DNA from: a bacterium
GTDB taxonomy: Bacteria > UBA10199 > JACPAL01 > GCA-016699445
Direction: 5' to 3'
DNA length: 22,997 nucleotides
NCBI GenBank assembly: GCA_036274695.1
Contig: DASUFF010000034.1
Location: forward strand, 1 to 22,997
Numbering within the stretch: the first letter of the stretch is position 1; each line of letters begins with the position of its first letter. Shown here one piece after another: positions 8,035 through 15,663 of the stretch. A program made the position numbers and the translations under genes. Below the pieces are notes generated by a model. The model had not been told where the DNA came from. It ran no database searches and worked only from the letters and a program-made list of their open reading frames with translations.

Positions 8035-8592
8035 ATGAAACATTTGATTCGTTTTCTCGTCTTGATTCAAGCGGTATGTCTCTTCTCCGCGGGCGTGAAC
8101 GCGGAAACGGCGGGCAAATCGATCGTCGTCCTCGGCGCTCCTCTTGTCTTGAAGAACGAGAAAAGCACGGCCGGCCAATATCTCGCGGAATACATCCCCG
8201 AGAACGAGACCTTCGACAACTTCACGAAGATGTTCGCGGTGTGGGGGCGCCTGGACGGATCGGACGCCCAAGCTCAGATGAAGGCGAAGATCCAATTCGT
8301 GGCTTCCCGGAAAGGGACCGATCCCCTGGCCAACTACGGCGCGTTTCAATCCGACGACAAGAAGACTTTCGGGTTGGACTTCCTCATCTCCGAGGGAGGG
8401 GTGATGGAGCACAACGTCTGGTCCTTCCAGAACGTCAAAGGCGGCGTGCTGGCCTACCAATACGTCCGCCGGCGCTACGAAGGGAAATCGGCGCAATCCG
8501 GAGAAAATTTCATCAAGGAGATCCCGTCGATCCGGGATCAAGCGTTGACGTTCTTCAAAACGGCCTCTTTGCCCAGACCGCAGGGCTACTGA
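8035..8592 (+). CDS. Secreted hypothetical protein (185 aa)
   Basis: I re-called the start to ATG 8035; the track begins at 7957. The signal peptide is MKHLIRFLVLIQAVCLFSAGVNA. It is divergent from gene 7338..7997 across an AT-rich 37-bp spacer. Confidence 0.5.
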   Translation: MKHLIRFLVLIQAVCLFSAGVNAETAGKSIVVLGAPLVLKNEKSTAGQYLAEYIPENETFDNFTKMFAVWGRLDGSDAQAQMKAKIQFVASRKGTDPLANYGAFQSDDKKTFGLDFLISEGGVMEHNVWSFQNVKGGVLAYQYVRRRYEGKSAQSGENFIKEIPSIRDQALTFFKTASLPRPQGY

Positions 8593-8595
8593 GGA

Positions 8596-9582
8596 CTAGC
8601 CGAGGAGTTTGGAGGCCTTTCGCAGATTGGAGCTGGCGTTTTCGATGCGCGTCCGCATCGCGGGGTCCACGCTCTGGCCCTCGATGGTGCTGTGAAAGCG
8701 GGCCAGCAGCATCGTCAGCCCGATCGGCTCCAGATAGGCAGTGCGCAGAAACCAAGCCGCCAGCGCCCCGACGGGAATTCCGATAAGAAGGGAGGCGAAG
8801 CCTCCGGCAAAGACGCCGACGGTTTTGGCGCCGTCGACGGGAATCCCGTGGGTCAAAGAGCCCGACGTCTTATAGGCCAATGCGAAAACCGCGGCGCAGG
8901 CCGCCGCCGTGAACAGGAAGCCGAAGAGGCCGCCCAAAAACTGCTCGGTCAGGTAGGATCGCACGGCCGCGCCGATCAAGGGTTTTGGGTTCTGAGCCAC
9001 GAGGGCGACGGCGTCTTTCGAGGACTCCTTAATGTCCTTATCCTGCCGCGCGACGGCGTAAGAGAGGGCGATGTCGGCGATGCGCGGCGCGATACGGTTG
9101 ACGACCCAGACGAGGGCCGAACGCAGGCTGTTTAAGTCGATGGGCAGGATATGATCGAATTTGTCGAAGGCACGGAAAAACGAGCGCGAGAGGCGCTGGA
9201 CGTTGTTGTGGGCGTCGACGACGGGGTCCAAACTTCCGAATCTCTCCGAAAGACGGGTGGTGGCCTGGGCGACCGTCCCCTCCTCCGGCATGGGGGTTTT
9301 GCGGATCAAAACTTCGGTGGCGATGTAGGCGAAGGCCGCCCGCATCCGGAAAAATTTCCGGTCCACGTAAGGCATCACTCCGAAGGCGAGCCCCAGACAC
9401 ATCAGGAGGAAGACGATACCCCCCGCGGTCTTGTTGACGTATATCGCGAGCAGGACCGTCAGGCCGATGCCCACCGCCAACGCCCCGGCGATCAAGCCCG
9501 TGAGACCCAAGACGGCCATCAGTCTTTCCTTGGAATAACTCCCCATCTTCCGAACCGTGGATGAGGACGAGAAAAAGCCCAT
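8596..9582 (-). CDS. Hypothetical integral membrane protein (328 aa)
   Basis: An AAGGAGG SD sits 4-5 nt upstream of ATG 9582. Two N-terminal and 2-3 C-terminal hydrophobic helices flank a ~130-aa soluble region. Confidence 0.55.
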   Translation of the reverse strand: MGFFSSSSTVRKMGSYSKERLMAVLGLTGLIAGALAVGIGLTVLLAIYVNKTAGGIVFLLMCLGLAFGVMPYVDRKFFRMRAAFAYIATEVLIRKTPMPEEGTVAQATTRLSERFGSLDPVVDAHNNVQRLSRSFFRAFDKFDHILPIDLNSLRSALVWVVNRIAPRIADIALSYAVARQDKDIKESSKDAVALVAQNPKPLIGAAVRSYLTEQFLGGLFGFLFTAAACAAVFALAYKTSGSLTHGIPVDGAKTVGVFAGGFASLLIGIPVGALAAWFLRTAYLEPIGLTMLLARFHSTIEGQSVDPAMRTRIENASSNLRKASKLLG

Positions 9583-9699
9583 GAGACCTCCTTCGAGAGC
9601 GCTCCTATACGCACAAGATCGGGCGGTTAGAAAAGGTCCGCGAACGGGCGGGAAAACTTATTGCGGAAAGGATATTCTCGGACTTCCTACTTTCCGATC

Positions 9700-10641
9700 C
9701 TAATCCACCGGCCGCGGCACTTTGGGACGGCCGAGGGGACACTCCAGAGCGGAGCGATCCCATCCGGCGTTGTCGGCGACGGCGCGATACGTGGATTCCA
9801 GAAAGCGCAGGAGCGTCGCTTCCGGATCGGCCGCAGTCCGGACGGCGTCGTAGGGCAGGAAGAACTGGGAGAAGTTCGTGTCGTAAACGGTCTCTTTCGG
9901 CTCGACGTGAAATTCGGAAAACCCCTTCGGCTCGGGATAGGCGTAGGAATAGAACGCCGGATAGCCCAACCCCCCGTTCCCCGGCCAGAAGCCCGCGCTT
10001 GAGACCTCGTGCGAGTACGCCTCCCGGTTTACGGTATCGGGAAGTCCCGGCCGGCTGCCGGTCAGCAACGGGGCCTTGCGCCCTGAAAAACGCGTGACCG
10101 CCAGATCGAAGCTCCCCCAAAAGAAATGCACGGGAGACACCTTTCCCAAAAAGGCGGAGCGGAACTCGCTCAAGACCCGGTGGGAGGAATGGAGGGCCCG
10201 GAAAAACTTTTGCGCCGCTTCGGCGTCGTAGGAGCGGTGGGTCTCGTCCCGGTCGAAGAGGATCGCGTCCGGCAGCTCGTTGGGCATGCGGTCGATTTTA
10301 GCTTCGATGCCCATTCCCTCCAAAGCCTGCACGACCTCCGCGTAAAAGCCGGCGACCGTCTGCGGCCGGAGCGGCAGGCGGGCGACGGCCCCGTCGCTCT
10401 TGGCGATGACGAGCGCGTGCGCCAGGAAATCGAAGTCGATCTGAAAGGATTCGCGACCGAAAGGGATCGGGGAGGTCGTGAGGCCGCGCGGCGTCGGGTA
10501 GAGCACGACGTGCCACGAATGGTTCACCCACGGGGTGAAGGCCAGACGGATCTTTCCCACGATCTGGGTCCAAAGGTGCAGGGTGGAGCAAGTGTCCTCC
10601 CACGCCGTGAGGGGAATGTCCGGCCAAGGGTCGAGGGCCAT
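9700..10641 (-). CDS. DUF5996-family protein (313 aa)
   Basis: I re-called the start to ATG 10641 (MALDPWPDIPLTAWEDTCSTLHLWTQIVGKIRLA), which has an AAGGAGG SD 6 nt upstream; the track starts at 10686. The HLWTQIVGKIRL and FFWGSFDLAVTRFSGR motifs match my memory of DUF5996. Confidence 0.6.
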   Translation of the reverse strand: MALDPWPDIPLTAWEDTCSTLHLWTQIVGKIRLAFTPWVNHSWHVVLYPTPRGLTTSPIPFGRESFQIDFDFLAHALVIAKSDGAVARLPLRPQTVAGFYAEVVQALEGMGIEAKIDRMPNELPDAILFDRDETHRSYDAEAAQKFFRALHSSHRVLSEFRSAFLGKVSPVHFFWGSFDLAVTRFSGRKAPLLTGSRPGLPDTVNREAYSHEVSSAGFWPGNGGLGYPAFYSYAYPEPKGFSEFHVEPKETVYDTNFSQFFLPYDAVRTAADPEATLLRFLESTYRAVADNAGWDRSALECPLGRPKVPRPVD

Positions 10642-10682
10642 GGCGGCCTCCTTGTCGACACAGCGTATACGGATTGGCCCCT

Positions 10683-11213
10683 TCATTCAAAGGGATTGAT
10701 CGTCCGCGTTCCGTTCCGGGGTTCCGGGTTTTCCGCCCCCTCCGCCGTGAAGAAAGGGTTCACGGCCGCCCTTTCCTCCAACCGGTCCAAGGCGTCGGTC
10801 GGCAACCGGTGCTTTTCGCAGAAGGCGCGGGCGCGTCCCGAAAAGAAACGGTATCGGGCCTGATCCGACGCCTCGAGCCCGCGTTTGGCTTCGTCCATCA
10901 GGCGGCCGGCCTGGCGCACCGTTTTGGGATGGCGCTCGGCGCGCTCGAGGGACCGGGTGACGGCCCGCGTGCGGATCTCCGAGACGAAGGAATCCGGCAG
11001 CGCCGACCCCAGGGAAGCCGCCTTCTCGCTCAAATAGCGGAGGGCGTTCTCCACCGTCGTCAGGCTCTCGAACCGGTCCTCCGCGACGGCCGCGCGCACC
11101 CGGTTCATCTCCGCGGTCAGCTCGAGGACGGCCTCCCGCTGGCTGGTGTTCAGCGAAGCGTAGTCCAAGTCCGGCAGTTTGTAGCTTCGGACGGCGTTCA
11201 TGTTCTGGCTCAT
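10683..11213 (-). CDS. Hypothetical protein (176 aa), probably co-transcribed with the downstream DUF5996 gene
   Basis: An AGGGGGA SD sits ~4 nt upstream of ATG 11213. It is co-directional with gene 9700..10641 across a 41-bp gap. Confidence 0.5.
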   Translation of the reverse strand: MSQNMNAVRSYKLPDLDYASLNTSQREAVLELTAEMNRVRAAVAEDRFESLTTVENALRYLSEKAASLGSALPDSFVSEIRTRAVTRSLERAERHPKTVRQAGRLMDEAKRGLEASDQARYRFFSGRARAFCEKHRLPTDALDRLEERAAVNPFFTAEGAENPEPRNGTRTINPFE

Positions 11214-11341
11214 ACTTCCCCCTTGTTTGACGTTGAATCGACGATGCTTCCGTTTGGGTTATCGGCGGGGGAACCGGTTTCGGTGCTTAAGGCGCGGGAT
11301 CTTGATTCAGAAAAGTGTCTTGTATTGTGGACACTCCTACG

Positions 11342-11446
11342 GCGGGCGCATTCGATGCGAAGCTGGCGGATCGGGAGTACCTGATGGGCAAGACCTTCAC
11401 GCCGGCGGACGCCTATGCGTTCGTGGTCCTGGGATGGACGAAGAGG
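11342..11446 (+). pseudogene. Relic fragment (about 35 codons) of a glutathione S-transferase C-terminal domain
   Basis: The plus frame reads AGAFDAKLADREYLMGKTFTPADAYAFVVLGWTKR, the classic GST_C helix. No N-terminal thioredoxin-like GST domain lies upstream, and no GST-like sequence follows in any frame. Confidence 0.45.
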
Positions 11447-12239
11447 ACGCCTTCCGCGGTTCCGAATCGTTCGCCGCCGCGCAGAGGCCCTCGCACAGGG
11501 CGCGATACAATTGATCGGAGACCAGGTCGTAATCCGGCCCGCCGTCGCCCGTGTCGTTCCACGAACCCATGCCGCCGAAGACCCAGCCTTGACGGCAGGC
11601 GTCCAGCAGCGACCGAGCCTCCGGGCCGAGGGTTTCCGGCGGAGACCAATCGTCTTCGAGCGCCCGCGTCCCTTGCGGTTCCAAGGCCAGGAGGGCGCGC
11701 GTGAAAATTCCGGTGAAAGAGTTGGGTCCGCTCCGCATCGAAAAATTCCGGATGTCTTGCAAGGCGGCGCGCAAATCACGGACGGCTTGATCGAGAGGCT
11801 TCGAAGCCGGAATTTTCTCCGTCTCCCCCACCCGCCCGTAAGTCACCCGCCAGACGTTGGGCCGGGAGGCCGGAGGCGCCGCATCCCATCGCGCGTACCA
11901 GACGCCGGCACGGCCGTCTTTCTGAAGCGTGAGGAGGTTCCACTCCCCTCCCCCGCCGAGGAAGGCCGTCGAGACGCGGTCGGGCAGCTTGGGGTCTTTG
12001 GCTTGCGCGTAGGACACGCGGGCGCCCGTAACCCCCGAGTCTTTCAGCCGTTCGAACCATCCGTCGGGATCGCTGGCGACTTCCGTTTCGGCCCCCGACG
12101 GGGAGACGCGCACGAAGCCGATGCGGTCGCAGAACCGGGCCGTGGAATTGCGGGGAAAGAACGGGCGGCCGGAAAGTCCGCGCAAGGCGGCGTTGGCGTG
12201 ACAGGCCAGGGCGAAGGCCTGGGCGACCGAGCCGTTCAC
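11397..12239 (-). CDS. Hypothetical protein (about 281 aa) with a GTG start coupled to the upstream DUF1304 gene
   Basis: The track ORF 11397..12347 has an Arg-rich N-terminus that overlaps the DUF1304 gene. I re-called the start to GTG at 12239-12237, which overlaps the DUF1304 TGA stop as GTGA. The body (..WYARWDAAPP..GWVFGGMGSWNDTGDGGPDYDL..) is unrecognised. Its 3' tail runs antisense through the GST relic. Confidence 0.4.
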   Translation of the reverse strand: MNGSVAQAFALACHANAALRGLSGRPFFPRNSTARFCDRIGFVRVSPSGAETEVASDPDGWFERLKDSGVTGARVSYAQAKDPKLPDRVSTAFLGGGGEWNLLTLQKDGRAGVWYARWDAAPPASRPNVWRVTYGRVGETEKIPASKPLDQAVRDLRAALQDIRNFSMRSGPNSFTGIFTRALLALEPQGTRALEDDWSPPETLGPEARSLLDACRQGWVFGGMGSWNDTGDGGPDYDLVSDQLYRALCEGLCAAANDSEPRKASSSSIPGPRTHRRPPA

Positions 12240-12601
12240 CGCGCCACCCAAAGCGCGGCGAGCGCGGCCGCCGCGGGAAGCGCCTGGACCAAAAGGATGG
12301 AGAGATGCGCCGTCAACCCGCCGAAAAGGCCGGCCGCGACGACGCATAAGAGAAAAAAGGCCTTAATCGAGAACGCCTGTGCGGGATCGGCGGCGATCAG
12401 TCCCCAGACCAAACCCGCCGCCAAGAAGCCGTTGTAGAGGCCCTGGTTCTTGGCCAGAACGGCGGAGGCCTTGGCCTCCTCCGGAGACATTTTGAAGACC
12501 TTAAGCCCGGCGGGCTTGGTCCAGAGGAACATCTCCAGGACCAGAAAAAACAAATGCTGGAGGGCGACGGCCCCGGTCAGGATGTCGGCGACGAGGTTCA
12601 A
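12236..12601 (-). CDS. DUF1304-family small membrane protein (121 aa)
   Basis: MNLVADILTGAVALQHLFFLVLEMFLWTKP... with three hydrophobic helices matches the DUF1304 pattern. The start appears to be TTG (12601-12599) with no good SD, so the start is uncertain. Confidence 0.55.
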   Translation of the reverse strand: MNLVADILTGAVALQHLFFLVLEMFLWTKPAGLKVFKMSPEEAKASAVLAKNQGLYNGFLAAGLVWGLIAADPAQAFSIKAFFLLCVVAAGLFGGLTAHLSILLVQALPAAAALAALWVAR

Positions 12602-12642
12602 CCCGGACAGTTAATTCGAAAAATTCCGCCGCGTCCAGGGCG

Positions 12643-13236
12643 TTAAGGGTTCGGGCAGCAGCGGAACTCGAGGGCGAGCTCGATCAGATCCGGGCCGTCG
12701 ACCACTTCGGAGGAGGTGGATTGCTCGCCGTCGCCTCCGTAGTTGGTCGTCGTCTCCACCGTGTCGCCGGGCGCCGAGACGGCGCAGACCAAGGCGCCGA
12801 GCTGGCACGGATCGATGCCACGGTCCATCGTGAGGCGTTCGCCGTAACAGACGTCGTCCAAAAACGGCGTGCGGTAGGAAAGCGCGGAGGAGCCCGGGTA
12901 CCGGAAGCGAGGGCTGCACGAGCCTCCGATGAAGTAGCCCGCCGGGCAGCTGGTTTGGGCGGCGACGATGACGGCGTAAGGCCTCTCCTCACGCTCCAGC
13001 GTATAGATCGCTTCCCCGTACTGGCAACCGTCGGGGGCCGGGACCAGATCGGTGGTGGCGATGGTGTTGAGAGCCGCAGGGCCCGAAGGCGCGACCGGGT
13101 TGATCGTCTCCGAATCGCCGAGGCAACCGCTCGATCCGAGGGTGGCGGCGAGGGCCAGCGCGGGCGCGGTGCGTTGCGCCATGCCGCCGATGACGGACTG
13201 CAGGCCGAGGGGAAGGGACAGGTTGTTCAGAAACAT
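12643..13236 (-). CDS. Secreted or lipoprotein-like Cys-rich hypothetical protein (197 aa)
   Basis: An AAGGAGA SD sits 4 nt upstream of ATG 13236. The signal peptide ends ...ALAATLGSSGC. The mature part has 10 Cys, including a C-terminal RCCPNP. Confidence 0.55.
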   Translation of the reverse strand: MFLNNLSLPLGLQSVIGGMAQRTAPALALAATLGSSGCLGDSETINPVAPSGPAALNTIATTDLVPAPDGCQYGEAIYTLEREERPYAVIVAAQTSCPAGYFIGGSCSPRFRYPGSSALSYRTPFLDDVCYGERLTMDRGIDPCQLGALVCAVSAPGDTVETTTNYGGDGEQSTSSEVVDGPDLIELALEFRCCPNP

Positions 13237-13300
13237 AAGGTTCTCCTTGCGTGAATTGAGACGCGCAAGATCTAGAACGGGCGCCCGGCGGAATGCGTCC

Positions 13301-13323
13301 GTTTCCGGTGAAAACTCGGAAAC
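13301..13323. promoter_or_regulatory. Perfect 7-bp inverted repeat GTTTCCG-N9-CGGAAAC in a divergent intergenic region; candidate operator
   Basis: Read directly from the sequence. It lies 65-87 bp upstream of gene 12643..13236 (minus) and ~135 bp upstream of the small ORF at 13458 (plus). Confidence 0.3.
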
Positions 13324-13457
13324 ATTTGCGAGGCGGAGCGGAGATTAGGACTTATCGGGAAGGAGCTTCATCAGGAGGAAGAGCCAATACCACACGGTGA
13401 AATTGATCTTGTTTCCGAGAGATAGGATGGATTACGTTTGGGGCACAAGGAGGAGTT

Positions 13458-13595
13458 ATGAAAACAAGAATCGCAATTTTTGGGTCGCTCCTGCTGGCCT
13501 TCTTGGCGGTGACGGGAATGACGCTCCCCATCTCGGAAGGTCCGGGCTGCGATTGCAGCGCCCACGGCCGCACGCAAGTCCCCGCCCCTCGGTAG
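13458..13595 (+). CDS. Small ORF (45 aa): a signal-peptide-bearing peptide, MKTRIAIFGSLLLAFLAVTGMTLPISEGPGCDCSAHGRTQVPAPR
   Basis: A strong AAGGAGG SD sits 7 nt upstream of the ATG. A hydrophobic leader is followed by GPGCDCSAH. A strong intrinsic terminator follows immediately. The ORF is absent from the track because it is under 60 aa. Confidence 0.4.
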   Translation: MKTRIAIFGSLLLAFLAVTGMTLPISEGPGCDCSAHGRTQVPAPR

Positions 13596-13612
13596 TTTTT
13601 CCGATGGCTTAT

Positions 13613-13655
13613 AAAAAACGACCCCTGCACCCGCACGGTACAGGGGTCGTTTTTG
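13613..13655 (+). terminator. Rho-independent terminator, potentially bidirectional
   Basis: The stem CGACCCCTG / CAGGGGTCG is 9 bp, GC-rich, with a 13-nt loop. TTTTT follows it and AAAAAA precedes it. Confidence 0.7.
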
Positions 13656-13665
13656 CATTCACCGC

Positions 13666-14262
13666 ATGAAAACCTGGCAAAAATACGCCCTTTGGGCCTT
13701 AGGCACGTTCGCCTTCGCCGTCAGCGCCGCCAACCTTTTCTTCATGCTCAAGGACCGCCGGCCCGCCGAAGAGGCCGCAGCGAAGCCCAAGACGCCCCCG
13801 CCGCCGAAGACGGCTCAATGGCAACGCTACGATTTCGCCGCCGCCGGCTTTTCCGCCCTCTTCCCAGCGCCCCCGGAAATGAAGACGGAGGCCCCGGAAA
13901 CCATGGGCGATCCGGACGAGACCACCGACGCCTTGAAGTTCCGGATGCGGGCCGTCATCGAGGGCGCCGAATACCGCATCATCGCGAGCGAGATTCCGAA
14001 GGGAATGGCCGTCAACCTCGACGACATGCGCGCCCTGATCAATCCCGGGCGGGGCATGGAGATGATCGACCGTAAGACCCTCGGCAAGGGAAGCTCGAAG
14101 GCCTACGACATGACGTTCCAATCGGTCGAAGGGACATACTTGAGGGTGAGGGCCTTTCTGCTGGGCGGCAAATTCTTCCAGGCCGTCGTTACCGCATCGA
14201 AGGAGCGCCTGGCGGCCCCGGAGACCGAGGACTTCCTGGGCTCGGTGGCGTTGATCCCCTAG
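13666..14262 (+). CDS. Hypothetical membrane-anchored protein (198 aa)
   Basis: It has an N-terminal TM anchor (ALWALGTFAFAVSAANLFF), a Pro/Lys-rich linker (KPKTPPPPK), then a soluble domain. The ATG lies only 11 nt after the terminator T-run and has no SD, so the start and its transcription are uncertain. Confidence 0.45.
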   Translation: MKTWQKYALWALGTFAFAVSAANLFFMLKDRRPAEEAAAKPKTPPPPKTAQWQRYDFAAAGFSALFPAPPEMKTEAPETMGDPDETTDALKFRMRAVIEGAEYRIIASEIPKGMAVNLDDMRALINPGRGMEMIDRKTLGKGSSKAYDMTFQSVEGTYLRVRAFLLGGKFFQAVVTASKERLAAPETEDFLGSVALIP

Positions 14263-14266
14263 CCGG

Positions 14267-14797
14267 TTACGGTTGCGTCGCCGCCAGGGCGCAGGCCTTG
14301 CCGCCGTCCACCAGCTTCCGGGCGGCCTCGTTGGTCTTGACCGCGCCCAGCGGGCAAAACGCGTCGCCGTTGACCCGCGTGACGAACAGGACCGTTTGTT
14401 TCTCCGGCCAGCTCTGGTCGCCGACGCGGAAGATCACGCCGGAGAGCGTCTTTTTGCCGGCGCCCGTTTCGTAGCGCCATTCGAGCTTGTCGCCGGCGAC
14501 GTAGGGCAGCTGGAACTGCAGGGGCGGCTCCGGCTTCACGGCGTCCGCCGTCAACAAAATGTCCTTCCCCTTCGCTTTCAGGATCACCGACGACGCGCCC
14601 TCGTCGTCCGTGACGGAAACCCCGTAGCCGTCGTGGGAGGGACATTGCGCGATATCGTAGCCGACGCCGGACTTCACGATCTTGCAATCCTTGGCGGCGA
14701 TGCTCGAATATTCCGAAACGAAGGTTCCGGCGAAGGCCGGGGAGCCCAAGACGAGGACGGACGCGAAACCGAAAAAGCTCAAAATCGTTTTGTTCAT
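14267..14797 (-). CDS. Secreted hypothetical protein (176 aa)
   Basis: It has a signal peptide (MNKTILSFFGFASVLVLGSPAFAG). Its coherent composition contrasts with the 331-aa Arg-rich ORF overlapping it in another frame. Confidence 0.5.
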   Translation of the reverse strand: MNKTILSFFGFASVLVLGSPAFAGTFVSEYSSIAAKDCKIVKSGVGYDIAQCPSHDGYGVSVTDDEGASSVILKAKGKDILLTADAVKPEPPLQFQLPYVAGDKLEWRYETGAGKKTLSGVIFRVGDQSWPEKQTVLFVTRVNGDAFCPLGAVKTNEAARKLVDGGKACALAATQP

Positions 14798-14871
14798 GCG
14801 CCGGTATTATCACATTTGGACAGCGCTTCAAAAATGATTTAAGGAAGTCCGCTTTCCGGAGGTTTTCGAAA

Positions 14872-15663
14872 ATGATGCCCCAAGTCCTGCGCGTCGTCGG
14901 CGGTTTGCGTCTCGTCTTAGCCCTGGTGGGACTAAGCCTCATGCTCAAGAGCGTCGCCGGGGACGGCGTTCCCGTGCCGTTTCCGACCGCCGTCACCCAG
15001 GTCGTGCTGATCGTCACCACCGTCGTCGGCGGCATCGGCTGGCTGCTGTTGCGCGATTGGGGGCGGAAAGTCCTGCTTGTCTCCAGCCTCTTCACCGTCT
15101 TCCAGGCGGTCAGCGTCGTCTTCATGAACCTGCTGCCGTCCGGCGCCATCCTCTGGCCTCTCCTGTTGGGCGTCTTGGTCGCCTTGGTCACGCTGGTCCT
15201 CATCTTCCTGCCGGCGGCCCGCTGCGAGAAGCCGTCCTGGAACGCGGAGACCAATGCAAACGTCTTCCGGGCCGTCGGCGTCCTTCAAATCCTGGCGGCC
15301 GCCGCGCTGGCCGTCCTCCTGGTCTCGATTTCCGCGAGCGCCGAGGGCATGGCCCTGGCCCTCCTTACCGCTCCGACCGCCGTGGTCGCCTTGCTGGGCG
15401 GGCTGGGCATGTTCTTCCTCAAAAACGCCGGACGGCGGACCTTGATCGTCCTGTGGACGGCGCACGCGGTCTTTTCCGGACTCGGCCCCGTCTTCAGCTC
15501 CCTGCCGAGCGGCGATCTTTGGCAGATTCTTCTCACCGGAGCCCTCACCCGGGCCGTCGGATCCGTCCTGCCGGCGCTCTCCGTCTCCAATTTCGTTTAT
15601 CTGGGGACTTCCCTGCTCCTGGTGTTGGCGTGGTTGCCGACCCCGGAGGAGAAGAAGAATTAA
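14872..15663 (+). CDS. Hypothetical polytopic membrane protein (263 aa, about 8 TM helices)
   Basis: A GGAGG SD sits 8 nt upstream of ATG 14872. The protein is highly hydrophobic throughout. Its stop overlaps the convergent FHA gene's stop as TTAA. Confidence 0.6.
   Translation: MMPQVLRVVGGLRLVLALVGLSLMLKSVAGDGVPVPFPTAVTQVVLIVTTVVGGIGWLLLRDWGRKVLLVSSLFTVFQAVSVVFMNLLPSGAILWPLLLGVLVALVTLVLIFLPAARCEKPSWNAETNANVFRAVGVLQILAAAALAVLLVSISASAEGMALALLTAPTAVVALLGGLGMFFLKNAGRRTLIVLWTAHAVFSGLGPVFSSLPSGDLWQILLTGALTRAVGSVLPALSVSNFVYLGTSLLLVLAWLPTPEEKKN

Noticed and set aside
11315-11334. GTGTC-N10-GACAC inverted repeat just upstream of the GST relic
   Set aside because: The arms are short (5 bp), it sits inside relic or non-coding DNA, and it has no obvious cognate gene. 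It could arise by chance in a window this size.
12240-12347. Upstream extension of ORF 11397..12347 (MRRRGRPFRRVDGASLHPFG...)
   Set aside because: It overlaps the DUF1304 coding region in another frame and is Arg-rich. A GTG at the GTGA stop overlap gives a cleaner start.
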